A DNA stretch of 64,000 bases from positions 1,364,001 through 1,428,000 of the forward strand of contig OZ287086.1 in NCBI GenBank assembly GCA_965645245.1. Reading direction: 5' to 3'. Origin of the DNA: Massalongia carnosa (lineage: Eukaryota). This document shows positions 56,217-64,000 of the stretch, piece by piece (within the stretch, counting starts at the first letter, position 1; each line of letters begins with the position of its first letter). The translations under genes were made by a program, and so were the position numbers. The notes below the pieces were generated by a model, which was given only the letters and a program-made list of their open reading frames with translations, was not told the origin of the DNA and made no database searches.

Positions 56217-59200
56217 TGTCGGACCGTTCTTATTGATCTGGAAAATGATGTTCTCCTTGTCTATCTAAACTGGAAATTCTAGCTAGCTATATAGACCATT
56301 TCGCCACATTCTTTCATAATCTAGATATCTTCCAGCCACTTCTATTTACTAATAGATCATTAGTGATCCGGAACCCATGCGAGGTACAATGCTTTGAAAT
56401 CATTGAGTATTAGAAATCAGATCTATGGCATAGAAAGAAATAGCATCTGAAAGATCGAGGCCTCGGTTATTAGTCCGAAATCACGTGCTTTTCCTTCAAC
56501 AGGATCTTACTTCGGGAATTGGCTTGAACCACGGTCTATTAATATCGACATACCCCCCCAGATTTAGCATACTATGCTGAAGCTGCTTCCTGACCTTGAT
56601 TAGCCAGTATGACTGATATGTCAGTCAAATGCAGCTGTTTGATGAAATCGTCATGTTTCTGACGAGGTAAGACCTTGGTAAATCCGTCGGCAGGCATTTC
56701 CGCTGTGGGCATCCAACTGACGTTTATACGACCAGCTTGAACTTCTTGCCTTAACCAGTGACGATGTATATCCACATGCCGAAGCTTAGTATCTAGCTTC
56801 AACATCTCTTTATCTAGGATTCTGAGGGTCTGGCGATTATCGCACCGAATGTGCAACTTTTCCATGGGATTGAACCGAATGGCTTGAAAAAACCGTTTCC
56901 ACCACATAGCTTCCTTGGCGGTCCGAGACAGGGCTAGCAACTCGGCTTCAGTGCTCGATGTGGTGACCGTGGCTTGTTTAGCTGCTCGCCAGTCTATTGG
57001 TCCACCATACAGCTGAAAAAGGTAACCATCGGAGCTTCTTCGAGTCAACTCATCATCAGCAAACGCTGCATCGCTAGCACACATCAGAATGTCAGTTTTC
57101 TGATGACCGTTATATTCTATAGCCAGGTTTTTAGTCCCATTTAGATAAGCAATAACCCGATCGGCCGCAGACAGATGATCCGGGCACGGGTTTTGTAAGA
57201 ATTGAGCTAATTTTGCAGTTGCAAAAGCTATATCGGGCCGGGATATTACCGCTGCGAAGTTCAATGAACCTACCCGTTGCTGGTACGCATATATACGTTG
57301 ACTGTCTGCTTTTTGCTCGTTTTCATTGGCTGTAGGCACCACTGTCAGTGGTGTTTTCGCGGTTTCCCCGTGCTGATTAAATTTCGCAGCCATTTTGGTA
57401 ATGTATGAGTCCTGACATAACCATATCTTCTTATTTGCTCGGTCTCGGGTAATCCTTATACCGAGAAACCATTTCAATTCCCCTAGAGCATGCATTTCGA
57501 ATCGTTTCAGGAGAGCTTTCTCAAATTCTTGTAATTTGTCCGAATTATGCTTCCTGCATATGACCACAATGTCATCGACATAGAAGAATAGGATAATCCA
57601 CTCATTGGCAAATAGACAGTTGACCCCTGGGACTGGCGCTAGTCCGAGTTCCTCTAGGGCCATGGTTAGGAGCTTATACCATAGAATCGGTGCTTGTTTT
57701 AATCCGTACAGAGCTTTTCTAAGCTTCCAACAGTATCCGGGCTTGTCAAAACCTTCTGGACACTCACAAAAGATTTCCTCATCAATCGGGCTATTTATGA
57801 AAGCACTGACCGCATCATACTGGTAGATATCAAGGTCAAATGCAGCTGAAATAGCCATTAGAGCTCGAAACGTTCTCGCTGCCAATGTTGCAGCATACGT
57901 ATCTTGCTGAGTCATCTGAAGATCTCCTCGTACACATAGACGGGCCTTGAATTTCTCAACATAGCCGTCGGTGTCATGCTTATACTTAAATACCCAGGTG
58001 AGTGGTATCCGGTCCTGTCCCTGAACCTTTTCCACTAGCTCGTACGTACCACGCTTTTCAAGCTCGGTGAGCTCTTTGATGGCCGCTAGCTGGAATTCCT
58101 GCGAAAAACGGTGATGGAGCATCTGCCTCCAATATCGGGGCTCCACCGGGATCTCATCCCGATGGAATTTCTTCAAGGTTCCGACCTGTGGCCGTTCTAG
58201 GCCGACCGAAAACGCTGCATGGAACGGGGTTAACTTGCTGACTGATGCCAGCGCAATTGCATATGCCTGTTTCCTTGATCTAGTGTTCCTGGCAATTGAT
58301 TCATCCGTTGTCTCTACCACCCGAGGCGTCCGTCTCGGCCTAGCCGACTGTCTCGGCTGGCTCGGTCCGTCCTCGGTTGATTGAACACCTGGCATTCCTT
58401 GAACGTCCGGCTCGGAGCTTAAAACCATCACGCTCCGGTGTCTTTTCAGGGGTAGGTAAGTGAGGATTGTTTTCCATATCGATATGAGGAAACATCGTCT
58501 TTTCTGACGTTTCTGTTTCACTAGGTTGATTGGTTGTTTGGTCCAATCTCGGACCTACCTCCTCATCGTCTTGCTCAATCATCACTCCTGCAAAGGATGT
58601 TTCGGGCACTTCCAACACCTGAATCACGTTTTCCACGGTTATGTTTAATAAATGTCCTATATCGAGCTCATTGGGCTCATAAAATCTTGTCTTATCAAAC
58701 ATTACATCCCTGGTCCGGATGACTTTCATATGGCTGGGAATCCATATTCGAAAGATGTTAGTGGAGTCGTACCCCACCAGGTATCCAATAAAAGCCCTTG
58801 GTTCGAGCTTCTCTTTCCTGGGAATCACCTGATTAAGCGGGAACGCTCGACAACCATACGGCTGCAGGTGAGATAGTTTCGGTTTTTCCCCGGTTAATTT
58901 ATCTATTGGTGTTTTCCACCCTAGCATCTTCTTCGGGGTCCGGTTATTTAGATAACCAACCGTTTTGAATATTTCTGGCCACATACTAGCTGGCAAATTT
59001 GCTGCTATGCGCAGGGCCCGCGCTCGGATCACCAGTACCCCCCCAGATCGCTCGGTTTGACCGTTTTGTGCTGGAGTATATGGGGCCGATCTTTCGGTGG
59101 TGATACCTCTCATTTTCATGAACTCGGCGAATTCTAAGCCGAGGGTTCGCTCGTCGTCTGTTCGAAAAAACCGAACGGTCTGATCGTATCTAGTCTTGGT

Positions 59201-61635
59201 CATTTTCAGGAATTCCTTGATCACCCCTAGAGCATCATTTTTTCGAGTATGGGTGTAGACGAAGTCCATACTGGTATAAAAACACCTGAAGTGGCTCACC
59301 CAGTTGTCCCCGTTGTATGCTTCAGTCAGCTGAATAAGGTCATACCCTACTCGACCGAGCGGAAAATTCGCTGGCTCTTCCTGTCCCGAACGTCTCGAGA
59401 TCAGGTGATGGGCTTTGGTCAGCGAGCATGTCTCGCATTGCATCGTATTCGGTGCTGACTCGGGTACTGTTACCTTAACTCCATCTACCCCCTTTTCGAG
59501 GTGAGAAATTGTTTCCGGTCCAGGATGACCGAGCATCTCGTGCCACTCTTTTCCCGTCGCTATCAATTCCGGTTTCGGACTGGTACTGGCCGCAAATGCT
59601 CTATGTGACCTTACCGTTGGTGGGTTGTCTTCTATCACCCAATGGCCCCCTATTTGCTTGGTGCGGCAGAACGTCTTTCCCTTCTGATGCAGATGAGAAT
59701 GTTCGGTGTCCCAGTGAACCCCCTTCTTTGTTAGCTTGCTTAGGCACACCAAATTGGTGAAAAATCCTGAGGATAGCGCCACATCTAGAAGCCTGATTGG
59801 CACCGGCCCATAGGTCCTTGTGCCGTGATATCTACCGTTCCATATCCATCTATGCTATAAACGGTTTTTCCGGCCATGAGCTTGTCATCAGTGTTTGCTG
59901 TACGCGTCAACTGAAACCGCTCCGGATCATTGCATACATGAATGTCTGTTCCGCAATCCAGGGTCCAACAGTTGACCAACCTATGTGGCTCCGGTTCGGA
60001 AGCAACTGCAAACGTTGAAAACGATCTAGGTGGTGCGGCAGGCAAGATCGAGACTGATGATCCGGCAGGCACTATCGAAACTGCAAATGCTGCAGGATCG
60101 GATTTTTCTGAAGACGATTTCTCTTCCCTTCCGACTTTTTCGACTTGTTTTGCGTGCTTATCTCGGACCGACTTGATGATCTTATCTAGCCGATGATTCT
60201 TAGCTAGCTTTTCTTCTATTATTTTCTCAATGCTCTTATCCGGGGTCCACCCCTCTGGCCTCAGGTCCTTGAGCAAATAGTAGCAATCCTTGAAGCGGTG
60301 CTTCTTGCCACATATGCACTTCTTCTCGGAATTTCCTTGGTCCGAGTTAGATCCCTGAGCTGATTTTTGACTCATTGTCGAGTTCGATTTTTCTTGATCT
60401 GATTGGTCAGATCCTTGAAATGTTGCAAATGCCGAATGGGTAGCCCCCTTGCTATCTAGGGCCCTGGCGGTTCGCAAATGATTCCGGAATTCTTCCAGAA
60501 GATCCCTTATCGAGAAATCTTCCTCATTCCGATGAATTTTATACTGTAATATGGCCTCTCTACCGGCCACAAACGAACCGTCCACTGTCCTTAGCGCATT
60601 CAAGAAATCATAAATGCATCTATGTCCCTGAACGTCCGGAATTTTCAGTCTATCCGCTTCTGCATAGACTTTCTCCCATTCCAACAACCAGTGATCCAGT
60701 TGCTGACTCTTGGGGGCACGTTGTAGGTCCTTATATTTCCGAATAACTTCGAGTTCTCGGATCCGGTCCGTCGGTGCAAGCCTCTTCTTTAGAGCTGATA
60801 ACTTCTTATATATCGAGTCCTGTCCCCTGAGATATAACAAATTGGTCCGATCCACGGTGGTCAATATATATGCTTCCAGGTTTTTTAGGGCTTCGGTCTT
60901 CTCCCGATACGTACGCAAGTCTTCTCTATGATCCTCTCTTCGCAATATCAGATCCCGTCGCTGTCCCTCGGTTAAGTCCTCGGATGACACGGCACCTGCT
61001 TTCATGGAAGAGAAGGTAGGGGTAATGGGTCTGATTGGCTCGTCTGGCTCAGGTTTCGCCAGGTCCACATACTGCTCGATTCCACCTCGCTTGGCCATGG
61101 ACTCCACGATAAGGATCCATTCATCCCAGTCACCGGGCTCCTTGAGGACTACCACGGTTTTCTGACTAGAAGCGGGCAAGGTAGAGAAAGACATCTTCTG
61201 TTCGATTGTCCAAAGAAGATGGAAGAAGTAACAATAAAGGTCAATAAGAACTTGGGGATACTGATCGATGAATGCAGCGATTAGGAAGCCGGGCTCATAA
61301 CTGTCGGACCGTTCTTATTGATCTGGAAAATGATGTTCTCCTTGTCTATCTAAACTGGAAATTCTAGCTAGCTATATAGACCATTTCGCCACATTCTTTC
61401 ATAATCTAGATATCTTCCAGCCACTTCTATTTACTAATAGATCATTAGTGATCCGGAACCCATGCGAGGTACAATGCTTTGAAATCATTGAGTATTAGAA
61501 ATCAGATCTATGGCATAGAAAGAAATAGCATCTGAAAGATCGAGGCCTCGGTTATTAGTCCGAAATCACGTGCTTTTCCTTCAACAGGATCTTACTTCGG
61601 GAATTGGCTTGAACCACGGTCTATTAATATCGACA
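56217..61635 (-). mobile_element. Ty1/Copia retrotransposon (Copia-C) inserted in the 5' leader of the YR element
   Basis: 334-bp LTRs 56217-56550 and 61302-61635 with no visible mismatch, ATTTG TSD, PBS GTTATGAGCCC, PPT GGGGGGG. Confidence 0.97.
56572..61194 (-). pseudogene. Copia-C gag-pol with two frameshifts (near 59800 and 58450-58520)
   Basis: CICGKKHRFKDC, TLDCGT, WHEMLGH...CETC, QNGQTER, KARLCVRG, YVDD, ADGFTK. Confidence 0.92.
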
Positions 61636-61650
61636 ATTTGAATTGGGTGA

Positions 61651-62006
61651 AAAGAAAACGTTGCAAACAGTGCTATCAAAATGCTATGCTTTTTGATTGT
61701 CTTGAGATGTGAGATGATGAGGGATACCGTCTGGGACCTCCTCTTTATATATCTTCTTCCTATTCTCCTTGTCCTACTCTACCATCCCAGTATGCCCCAT
61801 CAACGCGGCCCATAGCAAGGCATACACAAATCCGAAACCTAACTGTCGTCCGAAGGATCGATGCGGTGCTAAGATCTCTATGCCGGGCTGAGACATCCTT
61901 ATGGTGCTGAGACATCTATGCCGTCCGAGAGATCCATGCGGTGCCGAAATCAAAGCGGGAGCTGTCTCGATTAACGACGCACTAGCTCTCAGCATAGCCG
62001 AACTAG
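61651..62006 (-). repeat. Repeat A1 (356 bp)
   Basis: Matches 51831-52186; contains a TATA-like motif and ~18-20 bp internal subrepeats. Confidence 0.95.
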
Positions 62007-62344
62007 ATAACCCAATCCGCCACACAGGCGAATCAGCCGAGGAGCCTACCAGGTGCCGAGACCGGAATCACATGGAAGGACATCGAGATCATGAACCCGG
62101 CAAACAGAATAAGGGCGATGGCGAAGCCCACTCTGGGTAGACCCCCCAACGCTGTCAATAGTGCCCCCTGCCCCCCTACTACCCTATCTCCTCCCATCCC
62201 TCTCCCATCCAAACCAGCAGTCACCCTAACCGCTCCGCCCCCCACCCACCATCGCACCGCGACCGCTCCGCAAGGGGCCCATTTGGAAGTACAAATCCCT
62301 ACCCAATCGAAAACGACTCCCTCGAGAGACATGGATGAAGCTTT

Positions 62345-64000
62345 ATGAAGGACAAAAAAAATCAATTAGCATCCTACAGTACAATGTCAGAAATGATCGC
62401 GTAAGTACTATGATACCATTGCTAGCGGATTCAAATATACAGGACTACGACATCATAGCAATCCAGGAGCCGTGGCGCAACCCCCACGCTGCGAGCACGC
62501 TCAGCCCGCATCAAAGCGGCTTTAATCTACTCTATCGGCCAGGAGGTGACACGAGAGTGTGCTTCTACATCAACGATAAAATAGATCCGGAAAGCTGGAA
62601 AGTAAATTTTCCAACCGCTGACATATGCACATTGATATTGCACCCCCGCGAGAATGACGGAAGCCACAAGGAAATACACATTCACAACGTCTATAATCCA
62701 TCACCCACCTCATATTCTTCAAGAGACGGCCCCTCCACCCTCCCAGATGCTCAACGCCAGCTCTCCGCCGACGCTCATCACATCTTACTCGGGGATTTCA
62801 ATCTACACGATCCTTTCTGGAATGGAGCCACCAGACCCACGCAACACGCAGCCGCGGATCAGCTGCTAGATATAGTCGATGAAGCCAATCTGTCGCTAAC
62901 CCTGCCCAATGGAACCGTCACATGGGAAGCCCGAAACTCATTCAGCACCATCGATTTGGTTTTCATGTCAGAATTCCTAACAGAGAGGCTAATTCACTGC
63001 ATGTCAAGACCAGAACTCAATCAGTCATCCGATCACATTCCGATATCCTCCCGCATCTCTTTGGAAAGTGAGACGCTAACACAGACAAAACGCAGAGCCT
63101 GGAAGCTGCTGAACATGGAAAAGTTGAGAACAGCAGAATGCAACGCTCCCCCGATAACACTTCCTCGCACAGTGGAGGAGATTGATCGACAGACGGATAA
63201 AATACAAAAGTTCTTACATGAAATAATATCTGCGGCCGTTCCATGGGCAAGGCCTAGTGCTTATGCAAAACCATTCTGGAACGAGGACTGCAACAACGCC
63301 ATGAGAGAAACACGCAGAATTCGAAAAATTTGGACAGCCTCTCGAAATATCAATGACTGGAAAACGTACATGAAATCGAATGACAAAAAGCAAAAGATAA
63401 TCAAGAAAGCCAAAACATTGTCATTCCGAAACGAGATCAGTAAAGCGTCTGAATCATCTCAGGGCATATGGCGGCTGGCGAAATGGGCAAAGGACAAGAG
63501 TCACAAGGCGCGCGAAACACCAAAAATGCCAACACTGACTTTCAACAATCACAGCGCGAACACCTTCGAAGAGAAGGCTGAAATGCTGAAAGGCATCTTC
63601 TTTCCTGCTCCACCTCCGGCAGATCTACAGGACATACCCGGGTCGGTCTATCCGGCAGCCTCGGAGTGCCCAACAGTCATAACGAAGAAAGAGGTGCTCA
63701 CGAACATTCTACGCCTCAAACCCGACACGGCTCCTGGACCGGATGGCATACCCAATAGAGTTCTCAAAGCGTGCTCTGAGACGCTGACCGAGTTGTTAAC
63801 TCCTCTATTTCAGGCGTGCGTAAATCTGGGATATCACCCGCGAGCATTCAGAACAGCGCACACGATAACGCTGAAAAAGGCGGGCAAAGACAATTACGAA
63901 ACGCCGAAGGCCTATCGCCCGATAGCACTGCTGAATACGCTAGGCAAGGTGATGGAAGCCATCATGGCAAGCAAGATCACTCACATGGCCGAAAAGCACG
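62345..64000 (+). CDS. LINE ORF2 (APE endonuclease and start of RT), partial; frameshift in an A-run just after the ATG
   Basis: LQYNV, IAIQEPW, GDFN, SDH, APGPDGIP and YRPIALLNTLGK read in one frame; ATG overlaps the ORF1 stop (ATGA). Confidence 0.88.

Larger units (their letters stand above)
51644..62006 (-). mobile_element. Ngaro-type tyrosine-recombinase retrotransposon with split direct repeats
   Basis: A1 61651-62006, B1 52187-52334, A2 51831-52186, B2 51644-51791; gag, RT-RH and YR ORFs; no TSD. Confidence 0.93.
50200..64000 (+). mobile_element. Tad1-like LINE interrupted by the YR retrotransposon; runs off the window
   Basis: ORF1 with three zinc knuckles and ORF2 with APE endonuclease and RT start; 5' boundary approximate. 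Confidence 0.88.

Noticed and set aside
59785..59803. Programmed gag-pol frameshift in Copia-C
   Set aside because: The break lies after the protease active site with no slippery motif, so it is more likely a mutation or sequencing error
1..64000. Many short antisense ORFs in the track
   Set aside because: Shadows of TE coding regions with no motifs of their own

Overview
Eukaryotic DNA, almost certainly from a filamentous fungus (probably an ascomycete), that is a dense nest of transposable elements. Only one clear host gene is present, a pseudogenised FAD-dependent monooxygenase. The window holds three Copia elements, two chromodomain Gypsy elements, two Mutator (MULE) elements, three pogo/Fot1-type and three Tc1/IS630-type DNA transposons, Tad1-like LINEs, two TRIM-like mini-retroelements, a MITE, several solo LTRs and a 23-bp tandem array. 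The most notable element is a complete tyrosine-recombinase retrotransposon (51644-62006, minus strand) with Ngaro-type split direct repeats (A1-ORFs-B1-A2-B2). Its gag and RT-RH frames are separated only by an in-frame CAA-UGA-CUA stop, a classic read-through context. It sits inside a LINE and itself carries a young Copia. A probable solo A-B footprint of a related family lies at 32304-38153. Other highlights are an intact single-ORF Gypsy with C2H2 finger, dUTPase-like region, chromodomain and AT-hook, a possible box C/D snoRNA-like insert inside a Copia RT, and two tRNA-independent self-priming LTR families. All calls come from reading the sequence by eye; no searches or alignments were run.
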